From an uncultured Bacteroidota bacterium (GTDB lineage Bacteria > Bacteroidota > Bacteroidia > UKL13-3), in assembly GCA_903850915.1 (NCBI GenBank), contig CAINMV010000024.1, positions 87,577 through 151,576 on the forward strand: DNA of 64,000 bases, in the 5' to 3' direction. Under the pieces are notes generated by a model. The model had not been told where the DNA came from. It did no database searches and worked only from the letters and a program-made list of their open reading frames with translations. The position numbers and the translations under genes were made by a program. Shown here piece after piece: positions 30,394 to 39,261 of this stretch; position 1 is the stretch's first letter; the number at the start of each line of letters is the position of its first letter.

Positions 30394-32232
30394 CTACTCC
30401 ACCGTTACGCTTTTCGCTAAGTTACGAGGTTGATCTACATTGCAACCACGAAGTATTGCAATATGATAACTCAACAATTGCAGTGGAATCGTAGCCAATA
30501 AAGGTATTAAGCAATCTTCGGTCTTGGGAATTTCGATTACATACTCTGCCATCGACTTAATCTTTTCATCACCCTCTGATACGATAGCGATAATGCGTCC
30601 TTTGCGTGCTTTTACTTCTTGTATGTTACTTACTACCTTCTCATAGTTTGCCCCTTCAGTGGCAATTACAACTACAGGCATATTTGCATCTATTAATGCA
30701 ATTGGACCATGTTTCATCTCTGCTGCAGGATAGCCTTCGGCATGTATATAGGAAATTTCCTTGAGTTTTAAAGCACCCTCCAAAGCCACAGGGAATGAAT
30801 AGCCTCGCCCTAAATAAAGGAAATTCTGTGCATCTTTAAACTTTTCCGCAATCTTCACAATTACATCATCCGATTTCAACGCCTGCTCTACTTTAGCAGG
30901 AATGGCTTCTAGCTCACTAAACATTCGACGCAAATCTTTGTCTGCAATTTTCCCTCTTAGCTGTGCAATATGCAAAGCCATCAGCGTAAGTACTGTAACC
31001 TGGGCAGTAAACGCTTTGGTGGAAGCAACACCTATTTCTGGTCCGGCATGGGTGTAAGCACCGGCATGGGTCATACGGGGGATGCTACTACCTACTACAT
31101 TGCAAATTCCAAAAATCATTGCTCCTTTACTCTTAGCCAATTCAATAGCGGCTAAAGTATCCGCCGTTTCTCCGCTTTGCGAAATTGCAAGTACAATATC
31201 ATCTTCGTTTACCACCGGGTTACGATATCGAAATTCTGAAGCATACTCTACCTCAACAGGAATACGTGCGAAATCTTCAAAAAGGTATTCGGCCACCAAA
31301 CCGGCATGCCAACTTGTTCCGCAGGCTACAATAATAATACGTTTTGCATTAATAAACTTATGTTCGTATTCCTTAAGCCCACTCATATGAAACGTGCCTG
31401 TTTTAGCATTTATACGTCCACGCATACTGTCGAGAATACTACGAGGCTGCTCGTAAATTTCTTTGAGCATAAAGTTCTCATAACCACCCTTCTCTATACT
31501 CTCTAAACTTAAATTTAACTCCTCGATATAAGGGTTTTTAATGATTTTATTTCCAATTGTTTTTATTACAAGCTTGTTATCTCTTATGATAGCGATTTCT
31601 TTATCTTCAAGATAAATTACATTACGTGTATACTCAATAATTGGGGTGGCATCGCTAGCAATAAAATATTCACCCAAGCCTACGCCCACCACCAAAGGAC
31701 TTCCTTTTCGCGCTGCAATAAGTAAGTCTGGATGATTTTTACTTATGATAGCGATGGCATAAGCACCAACCACCTCATTTAAAGCAAGCCTAACAGCCTC
31801 TTCTAAATCCACGTTGGCATTATCTCGTATGTCTTCAATAAAATGAATTAACACCTCAGTATCGGTATCACTTTTAAACGTATGGCCTTTCTTTAATAAC
31901 GTTTCTTTTATAGAGGAATAATTCTCGATGATGCCATTGTGAATAATCGCTAAATCGCCACCTTGGCTTAAATGTGGATGAGCGTTAACATCATTCGGCT
32001 CTCCATGGGTGGCCCAACGAGTATGACCAATACCAACGTGCCCGTTTACATTTTTATTGGCTACTAAGTTTTCCAAATCAGAAACCTTACCTGCTTTTTT
32101 ATATACATTTAGTGTGGTGTCGAGTAGCGCAACACCAGCACTATCATATCCCCGGTATTCTAGGCGTTTTAGTCCGCTGATTAGAATCGGGTATGCCTCT
32201 TTACTGCCAATATAACCTACGATGCCACACAT
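30394..32232 (-). CDS. glmS: Glutamine--fructose-6-phosphate aminotransferase
   Basis: 612 aa. Starts MCGIVGY, has tandem SIS domains, and ends in the canonical LAKSVTVE. Confidence 0.95.
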   Translation of the reverse strand: MCGIVGYIGSKEAYPILISGLKRLEYRGYDSAGVALLDTTLNVYKKAGKVSDLENLVANKNVNGHVGIGHTRWATHGEPNDVNAHPHLSQGGDLAIIHNGIIENYSSIKETLLKKGHTFKSDTDTEVLIHFIEDIRDNANVDLEEAVRLALNEVVGAYAIAIISKNHPDLLIAARKGSPLVVGVGLGEYFIASDATPIIEYTRNVIYLEDKEIAIIRDNKLVIKTIGNKIIKNPYIEELNLSLESIEKGGYENFMLKEIYEQPRSILDSMRGRINAKTGTFHMSGLKEYEHKFINAKRIIIVACGTSWHAGLVAEYLFEDFARIPVEVEYASEFRYRNPVVNEDDIVLAISQSGETADTLAAIELAKSKGAMIFGICNVVGSSIPRMTHAGAYTHAGPEIGVASTKAFTAQVTVLTLMALHIAQLRGKIADKDLRRMFSELEAIPAKVEQALKSDDVIVKIAEKFKDAQNFLYLGRGYSFPVALEGALKLKEISYIHAEGYPAAEMKHGPIALIDANMPVVVIATEGANYEKVVSNIQEVKARKGRIIAIVSEGDEKIKSMAEYVIEIPKTEDCLIPLLATIPLQLLSYHIAILRGCNVDQPRNLAKSVTVE

Positions 32233-32265
32233 ATTTTACTTAAGAATTAATGATTATTAATAATG

Positions 32266-32273
32266 CAAAAATA
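32266..32273 (-). promoter_or_regulatory. Candidate -7 box (TATTTTTG) for glmS
   Basis: Exact TAnnTTTG on the minus strand, 33 nt upstream of the glmS ATG. Confidence 0.45.
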
Positions 32274-32366
32274 CAATTTTTGTATCTCACAATAACAACC
32301 AATAAACGCAACCCACCGGAGTTCCATTAACGTGGATTCGAATTAAGAGATGATGATCTCTATTTA

Positions 32367-33218
32367 TCATTCTAAGTGCACATATTCCCTTTTCACCTCA
32401 TTACCCGAAGCACGAACAACAACATAGTAGATTCCAGCTTTAAAATCGACATTTCGTACCGCGTAATTGATTCTTAGAATTCCAGGTTCTTTCTGCTGGC
32501 GCAGATACTGCTTCACCACTTTATTTTCAAAATCAACAAGTACCACCTCCACTAAAGCTCTATTTGTAAGGAAAACATCTAGGCTGCCTTCTACCTGTTT
32601 TAAAGTCCGTATTTTTGGCCTCGATTTAGGGTAGTTGACGATATGCTTTTCGTTCGCCACAAAACCTCGCAGCGCATTGACCATTTGGTAGTCGTCATCG
32701 AAATTATTGCCAATGGTGGCAATGTCTTTATTGTCGGTAATGGACCAAACCGCATTTTGCGCATGCGTATTTTGGTATTTATTCTTCTCAATAAAACGGG
32801 TAAGTTTCAGCAAAGCCCCTTGAGCCATCTGACCCAACCTAAAGCCCACCTTGTTGCTTGGCGAGGCCTTACCGGCATTAATACACATCGCAAACACCGC
32901 GGTGGTAATTATCCGCTTAGGAGTCATTCGAACAAATTCTGTTTGCGTAATAACCAAGTTTTGCGCTGCACTATCGCTACATTGGATTTTTTGACCACAG
33001 TCAATAGCGATGTCGAAATACTGATTCGTAAGATTTTCGGTTTGCATGGTGGCTACCTTACCCGTGAAACCGCCGTTACCCGTAATATTAAGCTTTATAA
33101 GGCCTCTATCGATGGCATCTCTTAATGTGTAGCGAACTTGAGCTTGGCTGCCGAAGCAGCAAAGCACCATAATGGTAGTTAAAATGGATGTTCTCATGGT
33201 AAAAAATAGGGTATTCAT
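32367..33218 (-). CDS. Secreted protein of unknown function
   Basis: 283 aa. The signal peptide ends in CCFGSQAQ. The C-terminal roughly 80 aa are beta-rich and end GIYYVVVRASGNEVKREYVHLE, loosely like a T9SS sorting domain. No catalytic motif recognised. Confidence 0.55.
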   Translation of the reverse strand: MNTLFFTMRTSILTTIMVLCCFGSQAQVRYTLRDAIDRGLIKLNITGNGGFTGKVATMQTENLTNQYFDIAIDCGQKIQCSDSAAQNLVITQTEFVRMTPKRIITTAVFAMCINAGKASPSNKVGFRLGQMAQGALLKLTRFIEKNKYQNTHAQNAVWSITDNKDIATIGNNFDDDYQMVNALRGFVANEKHIVNYPKSRPKIRTLKQVEGSLDVFLTNRALVEVVLVDFENKVVKQYLRQQKEPGILRINYAVRNVDFKAGIYYVVVRASGNEVKREYVHLE

Positions 33219-33328
33219 ATCCCTATATATGTTTTAGTTAAAAAAAGTAAACACATTACTTGAAGTTTTATATTAAGTTTTGAATAGAACGATTAATATT
33301 GCATACTTATTTTATTTTATTTTTTATC

Positions 33329-35368
33329 ATGAGAAAATACCTTTCCTATTTTGTTGTAATAACGGTGGTAACAGCACTCGTTGCATGCAGCAACAATGCC
33401 CCAAAAGCGACGGCAAAAAGCCGCAACTACATCGACTCGGCGAATTTTGATTTCAGCGTAAACCCTGCCGATAACTTCTACATGTATGCCAATGGAAGCT
33501 GGCTGAAGAACAATCCAATTCCTCCTAGTGAGAGCCGTTGGGGCAGTTTTAGTGAGATTCAAGAGTTTAATTACAAGGCATTGCATGACTTATTGGATGA
33601 ATATGCTGCGAAAGAAAACAAAGCAGGTAGCATCGAACAAAAGTGTGCTGACTTTTACAAGAGCGGAATGGATAGCGCATTATTAGAAAAGAAAGGATAC
33701 GAAGACATCAAACCCGATTTAGATCGTATCAATAAAATTAAGACCACCGAGGACTTGATTAATGAGTTATGCCAAGAACAAGTAGAGGGCGGAAACCCAT
33801 TGGTTGGTTTCTATGCTGATCAGGATGCTAAAAATAGCACCCAAATTGCCGCACAACTTTGGCAAGCAGGCATTGGAATGCCAAACCGCGACTATTATTT
33901 TAAAGATGACGAGCGCACTAAAAAAATCAGAGACGCCTACAAAATGTATTTTGTTACACTATTTAACTTAATTGGCGACGACAAGGCAGAAGCGAAATTT
34001 GATGCAGTGTTCGCATTGGAGAAGAAATTAGCGGGTGCGTGTAAAAGCCCAGCTGCATTAAGAGACCCCGAAGCTAACTACAATAAGTTTTCAATAGCTG
34101 ACCTTAGCAAACAAAACTCTAATTTAAATTGGAGTGTTATCCTTGATAAATTTTTATTGCCAAAGCAAGATTCAATAATTGTTGGCCAACCGAAATATTA
34201 TGTTGAAGTGAGCAAACAAATTAAAGCCACTAAAATCGAAGACTGGAAAACATATCTTATTTGGCATACCATTAAAGGCTCTGCTCCTTATATGAGTAAT
34301 GCATTTGTTGAAGCAAACTTTAACTACAGTGGCAAAGCCTTAAGCGGACAAAAAGAGATAAAACCACGTTGGAAACGCGTATTAGCTACTGTAGATGGTG
34401 GCCTTGGGGAAGCATTAGGAGAGCTTTATGTAAACAAACATTTCAATGCAGATGCAAAAACGCGTATGCTAACCTTGGTGAAAAATCTACAAGAAACATT
34501 TGGAGAACGCATTAAAGCATTAGATTGGATGACTGACCCAACAAAAGAAAAAGCATTAAACAAGTTAAATTCTTTTATGCTAAAAATCGGATATCCCGAC
34601 AAATGGCGCGATTACAGCAGTGTAAGTATTGTTTCTAATTCATATAGCAAAAACTTGCGTGCAATCTCCTCTTTCGAATATAAACGTATGATTGCTAAAA
34701 TTGGAAAGCCGATTGACAAAACAGAATGGGGAATGAGCCCTCCAACCGTGAACGCATACTACAATCCAGGGTTCAATGAGATTGTATTTCCAGCTGGTAT
34801 CTTGCATTTCCCTTTCTTTGATTTTAATGCTGACGATGCTGTGAACTATGGTGGTATTGGTGCTGTTATTGGGCACGAAATGACGCATGGCTTTGATGAT
34901 CAAGGCAGCCAGTATGATGCTGAAGGCAACCTAAAAAGCTGGTGGACAGATGAAGATCGCAAGAAATTTGAGGCAAAAACAGGCATCGTAGTTAACCAAT
35001 TTAACGAATTTACCGTGCTTGACTCAGTGCATGTAAACGGCGCCTTAACTTTAGGTGAAAATATAGCAGATCTTGGTGGATTAAGTATTTCTTATGCTGC
35101 CTTCCAGAAAACCGAGCAAGCAAAAAAGGCAGAAGGTATTTATGGCTTTACGCCTAACCAACGTTTCTTTTTAAGTTGGGCGCAAATTTGGAGAAGCAAT
35201 ATCACGGATGAAGCTGCTATGCTTAGAATTAACACCGATCCACACTCACCGGGCAAATATCGTTGCAATGGACCATTGAGCAACTTCCCAGAGTTTTACC
35301 AAGCATTCAACATAAAAGAAAATGATGCGATGTGGCGTGCGGATAGCGTAAGAGCTAAAATCTGGTAA
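33329..35368 (+). CDS. M13-family zinc metallopeptidase (PepO / endothelin-converting-enzyme-like), lipoprotein
   Basis: ATG at 33329 gives MRKYLSYFVVITVVTALVACS with a lipobox. Contains HEMTHGFD (HExxH), the downstream GENIADLGG, and C-terminal VRAKIW. Confidence 0.85.
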   Translation: MRKYLSYFVVITVVTALVACSNNAPKATAKSRNYIDSANFDFSVNPADNFYMYANGSWLKNNPIPPSESRWGSFSEIQEFNYKALHDLLDEYAAKENKAGSIEQKCADFYKSGMDSALLEKKGYEDIKPDLDRINKIKTTEDLINELCQEQVEGGNPLVGFYADQDAKNSTQIAAQLWQAGIGMPNRDYYFKDDERTKKIRDAYKMYFVTLFNLIGDDKAEAKFDAVFALEKKLAGACKSPAALRDPEANYNKFSIADLSKQNSNLNWSVILDKFLLPKQDSIIVGQPKYYVEVSKQIKATKIEDWKTYLIWHTIKGSAPYMSNAFVEANFNYSGKALSGQKEIKPRWKRVLATVDGGLGEALGELYVNKHFNADAKTRMLTLVKNLQETFGERIKALDWMTDPTKEKALNKLNSFMLKIGYPDKWRDYSSVSIVSNSYSKNLRAISSFEYKRMIAKIGKPIDKTEWGMSPPTVNAYYNPGFNEIVFPAGILHFPFFDFNADDAVNYGGIGAVIGHEMTHGFDDQGSQYDAEGNLKSWWTDEDRKKFEAKTGIVVNQFNEFTVLDSVHVNGALTLGENIADLGGLSISYAAFQKTEQAKKAEGIYGFTPNQRFFLSWAQIWRSNITDEAAMLRINTDPHSPGKYRCNGPLSNFPEFYQAFNIKENDAMWRADSVRAKIW

Positions 35369-35392
35369 TAACCATTATCCTTATAAAAATAA

Positions 35393-35425
35393 AAAACCCG
35401 TGGACGAACTCCGCGGGTTTTTTAT
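35393..35425 (+). terminator. Rho-independent terminator after the M13 peptidase gene
   Basis: AAAACCCGTGG / CCGCGGGTTTT stem (one G-U pair) with a 7-nt loop, followed by a T-run. Confidence 0.8.
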
Positions 35426-35442
35426 TTACTTTTGAATCCTAG

Positions 35443-36324
35443 ATGCAACGAAAAAAGATATTGTTTGTGGTGAATCCAATCTCCGGCGGATTAAACAAAC
35501 GGAAATTACCAGAGCTCATCGCTAAAAATTTGAATCGAGAACTCTTTGCCCCGGAGTTATTTTATACCTCATTAAAACTAAATGCCCGAGAGATTACGTT
35601 AAAAGCTATCGAGGAGAAATTTGATATTATAATCGCTGCTGGAGGAGATGGAACCATGAATCAGGTAGCACAGTGCCTAATAAATTCAGATATAATCATG
35701 GGCATTTTACCTTTAGGCTCTGGCAATGGGCTTGCGCGACACCTGCAAATTCCACTTCAAATTAAAAAAGCAATTGCCTTTATCAATAGATTAAACACAG
35801 TAAAAATTGATACCATAAAAGTCAATGACCAATATAGTGTAAACTGTATTGGCATTGGCTTTGATGCATTTATTGCCTATCATTTTAGCAAACTTCCTCA
35901 TCGTGGCTTAAAAACATATATTACAACCACCATAAAGCATTTTAAAAACTACCATCGACAATATTATAAAATAAAAATTGATACCGAAATTTTCGAAGAT
36001 AAAGCTGCAATTGTCACCTTTGCAAATTCAACACAGTGGGGTAATAATTTCCATATTGCATCTACCGCCGACATCACAGATGGAAAAATTGATGTAACCA
36101 TAATTAAGCATTTGAACTATCGCAACATATTGCAATTAGCCTATCGCTTAATCTCCAAAACAATTCACAAATCGAAACAGGCTATCACGTTAAAAGCAGA
36201 AGAGATCGAAATTCAGTTGGATGAAAATACACCAATGCATATTGATGGAGAACCTATGCTTACAAAAGGTTTAGTGAAAATTCAAATCGAACCGCATTCA
36301 TTGAATATCTTGTGTGATTTATAA
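35443..36324 (+). CDS. Diacylglycerol/lipid kinase family protein (YegS/BmrU-like)
   Basis: 293 aa. Contains VVNPISGG and the GGDGT and PLGSGNG motifs. Confidence 0.8.
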   Translation: MQRKKILFVVNPISGGLNKRKLPELIAKNLNRELFAPELFYTSLKLNAREITLKAIEEKFDIIIAAGGDGTMNQVAQCLINSDIIMGILPLGSGNGLARHLQIPLQIKKAIAFINRLNTVKIDTIKVNDQYSVNCIGIGFDAFIAYHFSKLPHRGLKTYITTTIKHFKNYHRQYYKIKIDTEIFEDKAAIVTFANSTQWGNNFHIASTADITDGKIDVTIIKHLNYRNILQLAYRLISKTIHKSKQAITLKAEEIEIQLDENTPMHIDGEPMLTKGLVKIQIEPHSLNILCDL

Positions 36325-36338
36325 TTGAAATATATTAA

Positions 36339-36695
36339 TTACTCCTTCATTTTTCGAATACCATTATCGTCAAAGACATGCCTCATGTGCATCTCGGTAA
36401 TAAAATATAAACCACAGCAGGAAAAAACCATCACCATTGCATAAAGCGTTAATTCTCGAGCACCAAAATCCGGAGACGTGTTACTTATTAATGCCACTGC
36501 CATAAAAATAATACTTAAGAGCGTCATCATGCGCGCCGCGAAATTGTTGGCTTCCCGCCAGGTCTCATCATTTTTCATAGATGATGCCATATGATAACCA
36601 TACCATTTATTAATCCTACGAGGAGGAAAAAACCTGTAGATAAGAGAAAGTATATTTAATGCTAATGCAATGAGTATTGCTGCTGCTGAATACAT
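36339..36695 (-). CDS. SdpI/YhfL-family small membrane protein
   Basis: 118 aa. Contains INKWYGYHMASSMKNDETW, characteristic of the SdpI family, plus three TM helices. Confidence 0.55.
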   Translation of the reverse strand: MYSAAAILIALALNILSLIYRFFPPRRINKWYGYHMASSMKNDETWREANNFAARMMTLLSIIFMAVALISNTSPDFGARELTLYAMVMVFSCCGLYFITEMHMRHVFDDNGIRKMKE

Positions 36696-36707
36696 AATTC
36701 TTGAAAT

Positions 36708-38291
36708 TTATTTCTTAACAAATCGAGCCCTGAATATTTGCGATCCAACACTACCTTCAATAATATAGATCCCTGGTGTTAAATCATTCACGAGTATGGT
36801 ATTGCTATTACGCACATCTTCAACTTTTATTTTTTCACCTAATGCATTATAAATGGTTATAATACCCGATTCTACAGAAGGGAAAATAAAAGATAACTTG
36901 TCGCTGACAGGGCTAGGGAAAACTTGCACATTTTTACATCCTTGAGTCGCAATGCCTGCAGGAAAATTAATCCAAACGTAATTTGATTTGGTGGCTTGAT
37001 CGCTTCCCCATGGGTTGGTTACTTTTAAATCTACGGTATAGAAACCTCCTTTATTAAAAAGCACCTGAATTGATTTCAAGGTATCCATACTACCGGAGTT
37101 AAAAGAATACGTAGATGGCAAGATTGTCCACTTCCATCGTGAAGGGAAATTAGACGAGCTGTCGGCAAAACTAACCACGTTGGCGATGTTGGCATTTTTT
37201 TTATCCGCCCCAAATTTTACCACTGGAACATCACCTACTTTTATATATGCTGTTTTGGTTGCAACATTAAAGCCTGCCAAATTTTGCGCGCGAAGTGCAA
37301 TGGTGTAATTACCGTTGGCGGTGAATTTAACCTCTATATTTTGTAAAGTGTCGTTGGTTCCATTAGCGAAAGTATACGTGGCTGGAGTAATCGTCCATTT
37401 CCATCTTGTGGGGATATCTGTGGAGGCATCTGTGATTTTTACAATATCGTTGATTTTAGGGTATACATTATTCGCCGTAAAATTTGCGGCTGGTGTTACT
37501 GGAATATAATGATATTGATCGCGGTACTTCACCGAGGATATTGTAACGCCATTATTAACAACTATTTCCAACATTGGAATATGCACTCCTTTCGCCAACC
37601 AACGATATTCCACCCGATTATTAGGGAATGGAAGAGTAAATGGAAAAGGTGTGACAATCTTTATTGTATCGGTTTCTGTAACTATTGAACGAACGCGAAT
37701 AGCATCAAACGTTCCAAATGGAGTTGTAATCTTACCCCACCCGTCAACAATGTTTTTACGCTTACCTGCTTGCGTTAAACTACCAAGCGTTGGTATAGAA
37801 GTTGATACGCTGAATGTTCCTGAATCAATATCCGCATAGTTTAATGGAAAATTGTACAATTCATCTGGATCGCTGTAATCACTAGCTAATGGAATACCCG
37901 AAACAGAGAATCCGGTACCCTCTATGGTGTATTTTGTGGCCACCGTTTTATAAAAATCCCAAACATTTTTTTGTGTAATAGGGCCTAAGCTAATAGAGTC
38001 GGCACGTTTATATCCAACCATTCCGGCGAAATAAAGCAAATAAGGCGTAGCTGACGATGACTTAAACGACTGCAGTAATTGATCAGTAGGAACAAGGTTA
38101 CTGAAATTCCAGGTATAATTGGCACCTGTATTCGTGGAAATAGTTGATGCATTTAATCCAGTGGTGCCGGCAGTACTATAACGAAGCGTATCGCCAACTA
38201 CAGGCATATCAGAACTGTTAATGGTGATGGGGGTTTGAGCCATCAAACTGGATGCCATTAGACACAAAAAAATAACGTAGAAATTTTTCAT
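36708..38291 (-). CDS. T9SS-secreted protein: unknown N-domain, two PKD repeats, C-terminal sorting domain
   Basis: ATG at 38291 gives MKNFYVIFLCLMASSLMAQ. Two homologous roughly 88-aa PKD-like repeats are present (..PTRWKWTITPATYTF.. and ..PSRWKWTILPSTYSF..). The tail FPSPVSDKLSF...LTPGIYIIEG...FRARFVKK is a type A T9SS CTD. Confidence 0.8.
   Translation of the reverse strand: MKNFYVIFLCLMASSLMAQTPITINSSDMPVVGDTLRYSTAGTTGLNASTISTNTGANYTWNFSNLVPTDQLLQSFKSSSATPYLLYFAGMVGYKRADSISLGPITQKNVWDFYKTVATKYTIEGTGFSVSGIPLASDYSDPDELYNFPLNYADIDSGTFSVSTSIPTLGSLTQAGKRKNIVDGWGKITTPFGTFDAIRVRSIVTETDTIKIVTPFPFTLPFPNNRVEYRWLAKGVHIPMLEIVVNNGVTISSVKYRDQYHYIPVTPAANFTANNVYPKINDIVKITDASTDIPTRWKWTITPATYTFANGTNDTLQNIEVKFTANGNYTIALRAQNLAGFNVATKTAYIKVGDVPVVKFGADKKNANIANVVSFADSSSNFPSRWKWTILPSTYSFNSGSMDTLKSIQVLFNKGGFYTVDLKVTNPWGSDQATKSNYVWINFPAGIATQGCKNVQVFPSPVSDKLSFIFPSVESGIITIYNALGEKIKVEDVRNSNTILVNDLTPGIYIIEGSVGSQIFRARFVKK
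36711..36935 (-). other. Region encoding the T9SS type A C-terminal sorting domain of the PKD protein
   Basis: The last roughly 75 aa are VQVFPSPVSDKLSFIFPS...IYNALGEKI...LTPGIYIIEGSVGSQIFRARFVKK. Confidence 0.7.
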
Positions 38292-38391
38292 ATTAACACA
38301 AAAATACACAAAAACATTTTTATCAACACATTATTTTATGAGGTAGCTCAGGCAGATTTCAATACTTTGAAAATTAGCATAATATAATTAC

Positions 38392-39165
38392 TTACCACAT
38401 TAATTTCTCCTTATTTAAGAATGCAGCAATCCCTTTTCTACAATCGGAGGTGGCCCTAGCTTTTGCATTGCTTGCGGCCGCAAATTGCATGGCTTCATTT
38501 AAGTTTAAAGACTGTATTTCGGACATTAATTTTTTGGTAAGTTCAATTGAACTAGGGGAGGTTTCAGTAGCAATTTTTTCAGCCAAAGACCATACATGTT
38601 CCTCCATTAACTCCGAGTCAATTACATCATTAATCAAGTTTAAATGCTTTGCGGTATTTGCATCTACAATATTACCCGAGAGCAATAAGCTTTTCGCTTT
38701 TGATTCACCAATTTTACGAATTAAAAAAAATGAAACGATTGCTGGAATAAATCCGATTTTGACTTCTGTGTAACCAAATTTACTTTCAGGAGTGGCATAA
38801 CATAAATCGCAGACGGTAGCCAAGCCACACCCTCCAGCCAAAGCCGCCCCAGCAACTTGTGCTATTATTAGCTTGGAGTGCGTATAGATTAGTGCAAACA
38901 ATTCAGCCATACTTGAAGAATCAGCAATATTTTCCTCATAGGAATTATTCTGCAATTGTTGCAAATAGGATAAATCAGCACCGGAACAGAATACATTTCC
39001 ATTTGCACGAAGAATTATAACACGCACTGTATCATCTTCTCGTAACTCAAGAAAATAACGCATAAGCCCTTTAACTAATTCCGTGCTCATGGCGTTTCTT
39101 TTATCAGGTCTGTTTAGTGTAAGAAAAACAACCTTACCTTTTTGCTCTTTTATAACAATATCCAT
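38392..39165 (-). CDS. Enoyl-CoA hydratase/isomerase (crotonase) family protein
   Basis: 257 aa. Contains LNRPDKRNA, FCSGADL, and the GAALAGGCGLA oxyanion-hole region. Confidence 0.85.
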   Translation of the reverse strand: MDIVIKEQKGKVVFLTLNRPDKRNAMSTELVKGLMRYFLELREDDTVRVIILRANGNVFCSGADLSYLQQLQNNSYEENIADSSSMAELFALIYTHSKLIIAQVAGAALAGGCGLATVCDLCYATPESKFGYTEVKIGFIPAIVSFFLIRKIGESKAKSLLLSGNIVDANTAKHLNLINDVIDSELMEEHVWSLAEKIATETSPSSIELTKKLMSEIQSLNLNEAMQFAAASNAKARATSDCRKGIAAFLNKEKLMW

Positions 39166-39169
39166 AGTG

Positions 39170-39177
39170 CAAAACTA
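39170..39177 (-). promoter_or_regulatory. Candidate -7 box (TAGTTTTG) 4 nt upstream of the enoyl-CoA hydratase ATG
   Basis: Exact TAnnTTTG on the minus strand. The spacing implies a leaderless mRNA. Confidence 0.4.
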
Positions 39178-39261
39178 CAAATGTTTATAAACCAATGAAG
39201 ATAAATTTAAGCACAACACATTTTTCATTTATTCAAGTCTAATTGGCGTTTATTGCCAGAC

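Noticed and set aside
32233-32366. Possible glmS ribozyme upstream of glmS.
   Set aside because: The region is only 134 nt and very AT-rich, and it contains a promoter box. No conserved glmS ribozyme core is recognisable, and that element is not expected in this phylum.
32643-33125. 160-aa plus-strand ORF antisense to the 283-aa secreted protein gene.
   Set aside because: The minus-strand frame has a proper signal peptide and full-length reading frame. The plus-strand product looks like a shadow ORF.
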